This document shows positions 38,781 through 48,900 of a stretch of DNA of 64,000 nt, piece after piece. This DNA is from Escherichia virus TH47. The position numbers were made by a program, and so were the translations under genes. The stretch lies in the sequence record MT446416.1, one strand, 5' to 3'. The notes under the pieces were generated by a model. The model was not told the origin of the DNA. It saw only the letters and a program-made list of their open reading frames with translations, and ran no database searches. Within the stretch, counting starts at the first letter, position 1. The number at the start of each line of letters is the position of its first letter.

Positions 38781-39245
38781 ATGAATGAAGCAGTAGGTGC
38801 TATATTTTTATCTAAAAGTACTGGACACATGATGTTAAACTTGAGATCAGAAAGAAGTACGTATTCTAACAACTGGGCATTTGTTGGTGGGAAGCTTGAG
38901 TATAATGAAACTCCGTTACAGGGTCTTATGCGTGAGATTAAAGAAGAGCTAGGTGATTCTATTCCAACGATAATAGATATTATACCATTTGATGTATTTT
39001 GTACGAAGAATGGTAAATTTAAATATTATTCATTTGTCATTGTAGTTGAAAATGAATTCGTACCTACTTTAAATCATGAGAGTTCTGGTTATGCATGGGT
39101 TAAGATTGGCTCATGGCCCAAACCATTACATCCTGGTGCAAAAAACACATTACTTAACACAAATTTAATGAAGGATTTCTATTCATTGTGGGAAAGTATA
39201 CGACAAGGTACACAGTTTGTCAACAGCTTACCATATCGATATTAA
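38781..39245 (+). CDS. NUDIX hydrolase
   Basis: Canonical Nudix box GGKLEYNETPLQGLMREIKEELG (G-x5-E-x7-REUxEExGU). Confidence 0.85.
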   Translation: MNEAVGAIFLSKSTGHMMLNLRSERSTYSNNWAFVGGKLEYNETPLQGLMREIKEELGDSIPTIIDIIPFDVFCTKNGKFKYYSFVIVVENEFVPTLNHESSGYAWVKIGSWPKPLHPGAKNTLLNTNLMKDFYSLWESIRQGTQFVNSLPYRY

Positions 39246-39253
39246 TAAAAAAA

Positions 39254-39280
39254 GGAGCCAATGGCTCCTTTTTTCTTTTT
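39254..39280. terminator. Bidirectional rho-independent terminator between convergent genes
   Basis: GGAGCC-a-a-TGGCTCC palindrome flanked by A8 and T-rich runs. Confidence 0.6.
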
Positions 39281-40379
39281 ATACCCCAATTAGTGGGATA
39301 CCTGTTATATTAAGTAGAACAGATACTTGAAGCTTAACTGACTCACCTGCCGAAAGGTTGTTTACTATACCATCTACGCGGAACCCTAAGTTTTTATTAG
39401 AGTTAAGAGAGTTAATCACCCAGTTTTCGTAATCCGCTTTTGTAATACCATTCGGATTTGGGAGAGTTGGGTCAACACCATTAATTACCATAGATACATC
39501 CCAATTAGGGCGACTACTTGTAATTACATCCTTGATTGATTCTAGTTGTGTAATGCGACGTGGGTCTGGAATCTGACTTGCACCAATTGAACCAGGAACA
39601 AATTTACCTTGGTTATCAACATAGAACTGACCTTTAATGAAAAATGTTTTTGAATTATACGGAAGAGAAACAATTTCACCTGATGAATCACTAACTTCAC
39701 GAATCATAATTTTCAATTCATAAAAATAGTTACTACCAAATTCAAACACACCAGTACCATTTGTGAATGTTGTCCAGTTATTTGAATCAACCTGTGAAGT
39801 ACCACCCATATTGAAGTAAGCTAATGGCTTAGTACTGTTACTTTGTGTAAATTCAATATATTTCTTACCTGTATCATAGTTGATATCAAGTAGTGTGGAG
39901 TACTCTTTATTTTCTGGACGAGATGTTTGAATTTCACGCCATTCTTTATTTTTCATTAGGACACGAAGGGAATCACCATTACTGGTAAGAACCATACGAC
40001 CCATAATACTATTTTCACCATCTGGTACGGTGTTGAAAATTGAAATCATTGGGATAGATGCCCAGTCAGCTTCAGATGCAGTATCTACTGGCTGACGAGC
40101 ATTATCAACTAATGCAAGAAGTAGTTCGCCAGTGTTGCCAGTATTTCTGTACCAAATCTGACCATTAACGTTACCACGAGGTGCAGTTGCTCCACTGAAG
40201 TTCTCAACCAAGTGGAGGAAGTTTTCGTTCCATGCTTGACCGTAACCAACTTTATTTCGACCTGCAAAGTTTAACGGTACTGGGTTACTACCAGGTTGGT
40301 TTGGTCCTAATATTACGTTATTTGGAATGGTAGCATAAACGCTACCATTACTTCTATAAATTGTATAACTTACACTCAT
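39279..40379 (-). CDS. Hypothetical virion (baseplate/fibre-associated?) protein
   Basis: 366-aa ORF in minus-strand three-gene operon divergent from tail-fibre locus. Confidence 0.4.
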   Translation of the reverse strand: MSVSYTIYRSNGSVYATIPNNVILGPNQPGSNPVPLNFAGRNKVGYGQAWNENFLHLVENFSGATAPRGNVNGQIWYRNTGNTGELLLALVDNARQPVDTASEADWASIPMISIFNTVPDGENSIMGRMVLTSNGDSLRVLMKNKEWREIQTSRPENKEYSTLLDINYDTGKKYIEFTQSNSTKPLAYFNMGGTSQVDSNNWTTFTNGTGVFEFGSNYFYELKIMIREVSDSSGEIVSLPYNSKTFFIKGQFYVDNQGKFVPGSIGASQIPDPRRITQLESIKDVITSSRPNWDVSMVINGVDPTLPNPNGITKADYENWVINSLNSNKNLGFRVDGIVNNLSAGESVKLQVSVLLNITGIPLIGV

Positions 40380-40391
40380 ATCATCACCTTA

Positions 40392-41000
40392 TTATTGTAG
40401 TTGGACACGAACTGTGTATTTGATTTGCAAAACACGGTTAGCACTTTTCTCAACTGGGTGAAAAATAATATGGGTAAGTGGAATACCGCTATCACCATTT
40501 GTATATAAACCCAATTCGTCAAATACATATGTCCCATCCATGCTAGTACCAGAGCTAACACCTTGGTCAGATGGCTCACCTAAACCTAATGTACAAATAC
40601 AGACGATATCAGTGTAAGCTTGGCCTGGAATGTGAACAGTTGTAATGTTGTTATATTGTGAATCAATACCAGCAGAGATACGTGGGTTGATTTTTTTCAG
40701 ATAAGTCTGAGAATATAGACCACCGAAAGAAGTAACGCGTGGTTTCTTGTATGTGATACGACCAGTACTCAAAACTACTGTTCCACCATTACCAAAACGC
40801 ATCTCACTAATAGATCCAATAGGAATACCAGTACTATCTTGATTATAAGCCAACGCATTAGCAATAGCAGTACTCATATTTTCAGGGTGAATTGCGTTTG
40901 ATTTATCCAAAACGATTTTTTGGTTAGATGGATCAGTAACGTCAGTAATTAGTACATGACCCTTAACAAATAGTTTTGGTTGTTCTGTTTCTAATTTCAT
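40392..41000 (-). CDS. Hypothetical structural protein
   Basis: 202-aa ORF, tight spacing with neighbours. Confidence 0.4.
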   Translation of the reverse strand: MKLETEQPKLFVKGHVLITDVTDPSNQKIVLDKSNAIHPENMSTAIANALAYNQDSTGIPIGSISEMRFGNGGTVVLSTGRITYKKPRVTSFGGLYSQTYLKKINPRISAGIDSQYNNITTVHIPGQAYTDIVCICTLGLGEPSDQGVSSGTSMDGTYVFDELGLYTNGDSGIPLTHIIFHPVEKSANRVLQIKYTVRVQLQ

Positions 41001-41009
41001 TTCTAATCC

Positions 41010-41507
41010 TTAGTAGTTAATTAAAATTTGTTCTAACTTACCAGCTAAACTTTTTTGTACATCAGATGGATACTTGCTAATGTAATCACGGTCAATACCA
41101 ACTTTCAGATAGGTAAAGTTTCCGGTTAAGGTTTCAGCGAATGTACCAGTTGTACCTTGTTCTCTAATAAGGTCACCACCATTTGGGTTAAGAATGACAT
41201 TATCAGTAAATTCAAGATAGAAGTTGCAGCTTTCGGTAAATTTAATTGGGAACCAATCATCGTCCGATGGATTACTTGCCAGTGTAGCGAGTACGTAAAT
41301 TCTACCAATGAAGTTACGTAGGGTAAAGGATATTGTATGTAATCCTGTAGTACTACCATAATAGCCGCCACTAGCTAATGATAATGTTTGTTCGTTCCAA
41401 TGATAATCTAAGTTAGCAGGATACCAGCTATCTGATTCAGGAAATTCTTGCCATGAACCATCTTTAGTTTTTCTTTTGAAGAGGAAGTCTTTTGATCTTA
41501 ATGCCAT
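41010..41507 (-). CDS. Hypothetical structural protein
   Basis: 165-aa ORF, first gene of minus-strand operon. Confidence 0.4.
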   Translation of the reverse strand: MALRSKDFLFKRKTKDGSWQEFPESDSWYPANLDYHWNEQTLSLASGGYYGSTTGLHTISFTLRNFIGRIYVLATLASNPSDDDWFPIKFTESCNFYLEFTDNVILNPNGGDLIREQGTTGTFAETLTGNFTYLKVGIDRDYISKYPSDVQKSLAGKLEQILINY

Positions 41508-41573
41508 TGTTAAGCCCTTTTAGTAGTGAACTTTCATTTATTTATTAATGGCAACGAAATGTATTTTGTACTG

Positions 41574-41580
41574 ATAAATA
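41574..41580 (+). promoter_or_regulatory. Candidate late promoter -10 box (gATAAATA) for tail-fibre locus
   Basis: ATAAATA 37 nt upstream of ATG 41617. Confidence 0.35.
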
Positions 41581-41616
41581 TTGGTATATGACATTAACTC
41601 ATACAAGGGAAATATT

Positions 41617-42744
41617 ATGACAATTTCATTCAACAATGGGTCAGGTGGTTCATGTAATAATTCTGGCATCAAAAGTTTAGTTATTAACGCTGCTGGACAT
41701 TTAATTGTAACCTATTCCGACAATACAATCCAAGACCTAGGTCTAGTGGTTGGACAAAATGGTGCTAACGGTAGAAACTTTTATCCAAATGAGATAGGTT
41801 TTGAAGTTCCTAATGAACTCTTCCGTGTTGGTGAAGAACTAGGGTGGTGTTATCTTAGTCTTGCAAATGGCACTAGTACTTTATATTTTAAATCAAACGA
41901 TGCACAAGAAGAAATTAGTACTTGGAACCGTGTAGAGTTTGGTAAAGGTGATACTGGCGAAACTGGTAAACCATTCCACATTGACAGTTCTGGTACGGTG
42001 TTTCCAACAACTGGTCTTTTCAATAATTACACATTCTATAATACTGAAGATGGTAAATTATATTTCTATCAAAGCGTAACTGCAACATGGAGTGATGGTA
42101 TTCCTTTCCGTGGTGAACAAGGTCTACGTGGTCGTTTCCATATTGATAGTACTGGTAGTCAATTCCCAAGTATTGATAATCTACCACAAGATTATTGCTT
42201 CTATAACACTACTGATGGTAATTTGTATTATGTTGATATCGTAACTACATCATCAACCCCAACTAAAGAGTGGAGTGCTGGAATCTTATTCCGTGGTAAA
42301 GACGGTGAAGAAGGTAAGCAAGGTGAGCAAGGTGTTCAGGGTGAACCTGGTAAAGACACAGTTGTTATCATCAACACTATTGATCATTCATGGACTAACG
42401 CATTGTTAGTTATTGGTACATGCCCTGCTGGATACCTAGTAACTAATATCGAAGTTGACATTAATCAAGCATATGATGAACCAGTAAATGAAATGTTTGT
42501 ACGTTTCGGTGGTGAAGCACAAGAAGATATTGGTGGTACTGTAATTGCACCTGTTGATTATTTCGATATCAACCGCAAAATGCGTTACATTGTTAACGAA
42601 ACCAACCACGAAGTATCAAGTAAAGATGAAATCATTTCTTGTGTATTCAATGATTCCGTAAACAACAGTTCATTTGGTGAAATGAAGATCGTTTGTACTT
42701 TATCATGGCAAGCACCTATTCAGCCTATTCAAGATAACATTTAA
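41617..42744 (+). CDS. Tail-fibre-like protein with collagen-like G-X-Y stretch and internal module duplication
   Basis: ORF-track start 41581 is TTG; ATG 41617 with AAGGGA RBS; GKDGEEGKQGEQGVQGEPGKD collagen-like run; two homologous modules (FHIDSSGTVFP...FYNTEDGKLYFY and FHIDSTGSQFP...FYNTTDGNLYYV). Confidence 0.5.
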   Translation: MTISFNNGSGGSCNNSGIKSLVINAAGHLIVTYSDNTIQDLGLVVGQNGANGRNFYPNEIGFEVPNELFRVGEELGWCYLSLANGTSTLYFKSNDAQEEISTWNRVEFGKGDTGETGKPFHIDSSGTVFPTTGLFNNYTFYNTEDGKLYFYQSVTATWSDGIPFRGEQGLRGRFHIDSTGSQFPSIDNLPQDYCFYNTTDGNLYYVDIVTTSSTPTKEWSAGILFRGKDGEEGKQGEQGVQGEPGKDTVVIINTIDHSWTNALLVIGTCPAGYLVTNIEVDINQAYDEPVNEMFVRFGGEAQEDIGGTVIAPVDYFDINRKMRYIVNETNHEVSSKDEIISCVFNDSVNNSSFGEMKIVCTLSWQAPIQPIQDNI

Positions 42745-42758
42745 AAGAGGGTTGATAC

Positions 42759-44900
42759 ATGGCAGTTTTTTCCAATTTAGAAGGGACCATGATGCCAACA
42801 TTCAAGTTGGGTAAACGTGGTGCTTCTATTAATTTTGTAAACGATTCTGTCGCAATCAAAGACTTTTTAGGTGAAACGTTCCTACCTGTTAAGGTGGGAA
42901 CTCCTAATGACGATGATTCCGCAGTAAACGTTATGTATCTTGAAGATAACCCAAATGCTTTATTTGGCGTACTTCCACCAACAAATGACATTGGTAAAAA
43001 TAACAACACTTATTTTCAAGTTGATTCTGAGGGTATTGTTGATATCTTTGCAAAAACAAATGATGTTTGGGTAAAATCATTATACATTAATAAAAATGTC
43101 CTTTCCAGTGTTAACGGTGCTGATTATATCGGACTTATTACTGGAGGAACACTCCAACAGGCACAGTTTTACATAACTCCAGAAGAGTTTGGTGCAAAAG
43201 GTGATGGCATCACTGATGACACGGCAGCGGTTAACGCATGTGCAGTTTATGCAAAAGAACACCAAATCCAAATTCAAGCTGGTGGTAATTATCGTATCAG
43301 AACTGCTGTTTATTTGAATGATATTCAATGGTTTGGTGGAACAATCACTGGCAACGGTGGCACAATGGTATCAGTACTGAATAGTACAATCCAACAAGCA
43401 ACATTAACAGGATGTTATTTAAAATTCTTTGGTGGTGATGGTAAATTTTATTTTAATAAATTTATTAATATTACAAGTACTGCTACATTTCTAATGCAAG
43501 GTATGACTGAATCAGGTACTATCGACTTTTGCTTTAATGAAATGACACAATGTAAGTACGGTGTTCTTCAGCAAGGCACTGGTGAGAAAATGACAGTTGG
43601 GCGTTATTCATACAACCACATCCATGATATATATGGTGATGCAATTGAATTGAACGTAGTCAACTCACATTACCCAGACGGTTTTGTAATAGAAGGTAAC
43701 TTGATTGAAAACGTAGATGGTACAGATGCACCAATTCCTCTTTCAAACTGGGGTATTGGTATCGGCGTTGCTGGTTCTGGTCCTTATGATGTGAATGCTG
43801 ATGATTCACAATATGTAAAAAAATTCGTTATAAAAAATAACCGCTTGTACAATGTCCGTCAATGTATTCACGTTGAGTTGGGTAAAGACTTTAAAATTCT
43901 CAATAATGAAGTTTATCCATCAACGTTGGTATCAATTGGTACTGGTTTGACAACCGCTGGTGTAATTACTTATGGTTCTGTTGATTTTATTATTGATGGC
44001 CTATCTGGGCATCTATTAAATGATCCATCAGTAACTAACCGTATGGTTTCTATTAACTGGGGTGTAACATCTGGTAAATTTGCTGGTCCTCCACGTAACT
44101 TTAAATTATGTAATCTCCACATTCCTGAGTCGTCTATTATTGTGTATACTTCAGGCTCTGATAATTGGCTAAATACTACTGAACTTTCTAATATTACATG
44201 TAGTAGAATTCAATGGCGTGGATTGCCGTCATCTTCCAAGTTTAATAATATCAGTACTAAAGAACTTGATGTTATTGGACAACACCTTGCAACTGAAGGT
44301 GAAGGAGGGGGCTTATATACTCGCTCTAAATATACATATACCAACTGGACTAATTGTGTTGTTCAAGATGATTGTAACATATCAAAATATAGTTTCTCAA
44401 GAATGTATGTTGACCGTATTGACCAATCATCTAATAACTTTAAAGTAACCACTGCAATTGATGGAACTGGACATCGTGGACCTGTAGTAATACCTGTAGT
44501 TGAACAGTATTACGTGCCTTATGATGTTTTTCCTGGTGGGAGATATTTCCCAGAAGGAACAATTATCCATAAACAATCAGGTGGAAAATTTATTGTTACA
44601 GTAGGTGGTTCTTTCTTTGGTCGATATGACACAATTAGACAAACAGTTGCAGGACAAACTTATATCGAAGCATTGGGTGTATCATGGGGTGATAATCAAT
44701 ATGCTAAAGCTGCTGGAACCGAAATCCTAATCACAGGAGCAGGGGAAAACGGCGAAGATTTAAAAACATATATCACTAGAGCAGTTTATGTTGTTAATAA
44801 TGCGTATCGTATCGATATTGCCGATCCGATTGTTACTGCTACCGCAGCAGGGGCATTATTGAAAGCTGCTCAACCAATAACATATATCACCCTATCTTAA
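42759..44900 (+). CDS. Tailspike/depolymerase-like protein with pectate-lyase-type beta-helix domain
   Basis: 713 aa; EEFGAKGDGITDDTAAVNA hallmark of right-handed beta-helix polysaccharide lyase/hydrolase tailspikes; N-terminal MAVFSNLEGTM module shared with next gene. Confidence 0.65.
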   Translation: MAVFSNLEGTMMPTFKLGKRGASINFVNDSVAIKDFLGETFLPVKVGTPNDDDSAVNVMYLEDNPNALFGVLPPTNDIGKNNNTYFQVDSEGIVDIFAKTNDVWVKSLYINKNVLSSVNGADYIGLITGGTLQQAQFYITPEEFGAKGDGITDDTAAVNACAVYAKEHQIQIQAGGNYRIRTAVYLNDIQWFGGTITGNGGTMVSVLNSTIQQATLTGCYLKFFGGDGKFYFNKFINITSTATFLMQGMTESGTIDFCFNEMTQCKYGVLQQGTGEKMTVGRYSYNHIHDIYGDAIELNVVNSHYPDGFVIEGNLIENVDGTDAPIPLSNWGIGIGVAGSGPYDVNADDSQYVKKFVIKNNRLYNVRQCIHVELGKDFKILNNEVYPSTLVSIGTGLTTAGVITYGSVDFIIDGLSGHLLNDPSVTNRMVSINWGVTSGKFAGPPRNFKLCNLHIPESSIIVYTSGSDNWLNTTELSNITCSRIQWRGLPSSSKFNNISTKELDVIGQHLATEGEGGGLYTRSKYTYTNWTNCVVQDDCNISKYSFSRMYVDRIDQSSNNFKVTTAIDGTGHRGPVVIPVVEQYYVPYDVFPGGRYFPEGTIIHKQSGGKFIVTVGGSFFGRYDTIRQTVAGQTYIEALGVSWGDNQYAKAAGTEILITGAGENGEDLKTYITRAVYVVNNAYRIDIADPIVTATAAGALLKAAQPITYITLS

Positions 44901-44914
44901 AGGAGATTATAAAA

Positions 44915-45814
44915 ATGGCAGTTTTTTCTAATTTAGAAGGAACCATGAAGAAGACCTTCATACTTGGTAAAAATGGTGCACAAATTGCCACTAATGGTAA
45001 TGTTGTTCAAATCCAGAACTACACGGGTACACAACTTCTTCCTGTTTCAGCAGGTGACCCAACCGCAAATACACACTTGGTTACATTGGGTTATTTGAAT
45101 ACACATAGCGGTGGTGGTGGCGGTTCCGGTATTTTACGTGGAACTATTGCACCATCTGAATCAATTGGTGTAGATGGTGACGCTTACTTCTTAGTTGACA
45201 GTACTAATATTATTCAGATCTATATTAAAGACCTTGGTGTTTGGAAACCTCTCCAAAGCACAACTCCAGGTACTGATAGTTCTTACGTTACTACTGAAAT
45301 CGTTCCTGTATCGGCATTTACATTAGTTCCTGGAACAACAGATCAATATACTTATTCTTTACCTGAATCAGTACATGGTCGTGGTCCAGATATTATGGTT
45401 CAGCTACAGGGTGACCCTGGTAACATCCCACTTGACACTGTATTCCAAACTAACGTCACTGTGAGTGGTATTGGTGACATTACGATTGATGTTATTGGTC
45501 AAATCACTGATTATACAAGTGTCAAAGTCAACATCATAGGAGCAACAACAATGACAGTACCTTATAGTAAATTAATTAACCAAGCGGATTGGGTAGTATC
45601 TAGTGATGAATACACCATTACTATCCCAGCGTCTGAACATAACCAAACACCTGATAATTTGTATATTTCAATTTATTCAAATAAAACTCCAGGTAGCACA
45701 GCAGCATCACCATTTGAACTGGTAATAACCGAAACTCAAATTGATGCAAGTGGTAATGTTACATTCACTTCTGACGAAGCGTTTAGTGGTAAAATAGTAA
45801 TTTCTGGTAAATAA
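44915..45814 (+). CDS. Tail fibre/spike protein paralog sharing N-terminal anchor domain
   Basis: Same N-terminal MAVFSNLEGTM...LGK.GA...LPV motif (first 33 nt nearly identical to 42759) with unrelated C-terminal region; AAGGAG RBS. Confidence 0.55.
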   Translation: MAVFSNLEGTMKKTFILGKNGAQIATNGNVVQIQNYTGTQLLPVSAGDPTANTHLVTLGYLNTHSGGGGGSGILRGTIAPSESIGVDGDAYFLVDSTNIIQIYIKDLGVWKPLQSTTPGTDSSYVTTEIVPVSAFTLVPGTTDQYTYSLPESVHGRGPDIMVQLQGDPGNIPLDTVFQTNVTVSGIGDITIDVIGQITDYTSVKVNIIGATTMTVPYSKLINQADWVVSSDEYTITIPASEHNQTPDNLYISIYSNKTPGSTAASPFELVITETQIDASGNVTFTSDEAFSGKIVISGK

Positions 45815-45822
45815 AAAAAATA

Positions 45823-45857
45823 GTCCAGACTACGATTCATCGAGTCTGGATTTTTTA
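45823..45857 (+). terminator. Rho-independent terminator
   Basis: TCCAGACT-acgattcatcg-AGTCTGGA hairpin followed by T6. Confidence 0.6.
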
Positions 45858-45932
45858 TATCAATAACTAAATATATGTATATTAACAAGGTCAAATGTAT
45901 TTTATGCTTTTTGCCTATTTGGAGGGAACTAA

Positions 45933-48900
45933 ATGTACTCGATTAAAACAGATCTCGATATAACTGGTGGTGCAACGGTTGGTAAAGATCTTCTTGTGAA
46001 AGGCGATGCAGTATTCAATAAAAATCTAACAGTTAATGGAACCGTAACTTTTGCTGACGCTGTATTCACTGCGATTGAAGCAGGAACTGTAGACATTTCA
46101 TCTACACTAGATGTTGCTGGTAAAGCATCATTGAATGGTGGGATTGAAGTTCATGGTAATTCCGTAATTGGTAATTTACCAGTTGGCTCTGATACTGCAA
46201 CGATTAATTCTAATGCACAATTCCAAAGCCCAGTATCAATGGCAGGTAACCTAACACAAACGGCTGGCACTGCTGTACTAAAAGATACCCAAGTGGCATC
46301 AATGGATGTTCTTGGAACTTCTTCATTTAAAGGTAATATTACTGCTGAAACTGGCACTACCGCAGCATTTGACAAAATAACTGCAACTGATGCAACATTC
46401 ACAAACACTGCAACTACTGATATCACATCAACTGGAACTGCAAACTTTAAAGATGTGAATATTTCCGGTACACTAGGTGGAACATTTAGTCTATCTGATG
46501 TTAATGCAACAACTCTAACTGTTTCTGGTTTAACCAGTCTACAAGGTGGTGTTACATTAGGTTCCAACATTACTGGTGTGAATAGTAGTGCAAACTTCCG
46601 TGATATTAAAATTGGTTCCAATGCTGCAAACACTAACTACCGTTTGAGCTTTAACTATTCTGCTCCAAGTCTTCGTCCAACTGTAATTCTACAGAACGAA
46701 ATCCAATCAGAATTGATGTCTCCAGCTACCCTAAGTGTATTGAAAACTGCATCTTTTGGTGATTCGTCATTATCCACTTTTGGTATTACTGGTAATGGTC
46801 TAAACAAACTAGATTACCTAACAGTATCTGGTAACTCTGTTCAAGATCCAACAACTCCACTATTACAAGTAACTTCAGGTAAAACTAAAGTTCATGATTT
46901 CGAAGTAACAGGAACTGCAACTATTCCTAACATTGAAAGTACTGGAACTGCTAATTTTAATAACATCAACGTATCTGGTACACTCGGCGGTACTTTCAGT
47001 CTTGATGATATTGAAGCAAACACTCTAACTGTTTCTGGATTAACTAGCCTTGTTGGTGGTGTAACTTTGGGTGCTGATATTTCCGGTGCTAATAGTACTG
47101 CTAATTTTAAAGCAGTAAGTTTAGGACAAAACGCAGCCGATGCTAACGTTAAGTATGGTTTTGCTTATTCTGCCCCTGGTGCACGTCCAACTGTAATTCT
47201 ACAAAATGAAATTCAGTCTGAACTAGTATCTCCAGCAGTACTAAATGTACAAAAAACTGCTACCTTCGGTGATGCATCTCTTGCAACCTATGGTATCACA
47301 GGTAACGGTCTAAACAAACTAGATTATCTATCTATTACTGGTAATGGTACACAAAGTCCAGCAACGCCACAACTACAAGTAGCTGGTAAATCAGTACTAA
47401 ATGATGTTGAATTCACTGGTACTGTAACTGGCCTAACAGTTGATGTAAGTGGTCAAGACCTAACTCCTAAATCTGTTGTTGCTGCTGAAGCAATCAAAGG
47501 ACAAACCCTTGAATCTGTTGGTCAAACCACCGTAGGAACTAACCTACAAGTTGGTGGAACAGCTAATGTTGTTGGTGCACTAACTGGTACTGCTGCAACC
47601 TTTACTGGTGACGTAAGTGCTGCTAAAGGTACTTTCAGTGGTGATGTTAGCGTTACTGGGCAAACTGTAACTGTACGTGATTTAGTAGTAACTGGCACAA
47701 CTACTGGTGTAACTGCCCAAGCTGACGTTGATGGTCTTGATATCGCCCCAAATAAAGTTGATGTTACAACAACACTATCTGTTGCTGGGGACACTACTTT
47801 AGCTGGTCTAACTGCTAGTTCAGTAACAAGTACTGGTGATGTTACTGGTGCGTCTGTATCTGGTAATACAGTAACTGCGGCTGGTGCACTATCTGGTGGT
47901 TCTCTTGCAGTAACTGGTGCTGGTTCTATGGCTTCACTAACTGTTCCAAGTATTACTGGGGACACTACTTTTGCTAATAACGTAACTATTACTGGAACAC
48001 TAACTCCGAGTAGTATAGATTTAAGCACTACTGATGTAAGTGCTGCTTCTTTAACAACTACTGGTAACGTAACTGTTGGTGGTTCTCTTGCAGTAACTGG
48101 TGCTATTGATTTGTCTGCTGCTGATGTAGTAACAAAATCAGTTAGTGCAACTAACCCAAGTACATTTGGTGTAATTAATGCATCTTCTGTTGCCGCAACT
48201 GGTGACGTTTCAGGTGGCACTCTAACTACTACTGGTGCAGCGAAAGTAGGAACACTAACTAGTACTGGTGTAGTATCTGGTTCGCGTTTGTCTTCTGGTA
48301 CTGCAACAATCTCAACTTCTGTAACAGTTCCAACTTTACAAGCTGAAGCTGCTGGTGCTGGTACACTAAATCTAGCAAGTAATGTTGTCGCGGCAAAAGA
48401 TCTAACTGTCACTGGTGTATTCAAACCTGAAGGTGGTCTTGACCTAACAACTGTTGATATTACTGCAAACTCACTAACTACTACTGCTGATGTTAATGTT
48501 GGTGGAAACTTAGTAGTTGATGGTACTTTTGACCTAAGTGCTGCTGATGTATCAGTTAAATCTCTTGTAAGTGCAGAGGCAATTACTAGTGGTGGTGTGA
48601 TTACCGTTACCGATTCAACCAATACTAGTTCGTTCCCTAAAATTACTTCAACTGATGCAACACTCTTTACAGTAAATGCAGGTACTATTAATGCAACTGG
48701 CAACAGTGTACTACAAAGTGTATCAGCTACTCAAGTAACTGCTACTAGTGCTGAATTTTCTGGTAGTGGCCTTGGTCTTCAAGTTGATAATGATGCAAAC
48801 GTTGGTGGTGCATTATCTGTTGGTGGCATTGCAACTGTTGGTTCTTTAACAACAACTGCTGCTTCTCTTAATATTGCAAAAAATACTGCAATCAATGGTG

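Noticed and set aside
47522-48703. 393-aa minus-strand ORF (and similar ones at 46151-46633, 48779-48997, 49403-49756, 49826-50554) antisense to the giant fibre gene
   Set aside because: Low-complexity Val/Thr/Ala/Pro-rich translations produced by the repetitive GGT/ACT-rich sense strand; no start context, fully embedded in a well-supported sense gene.
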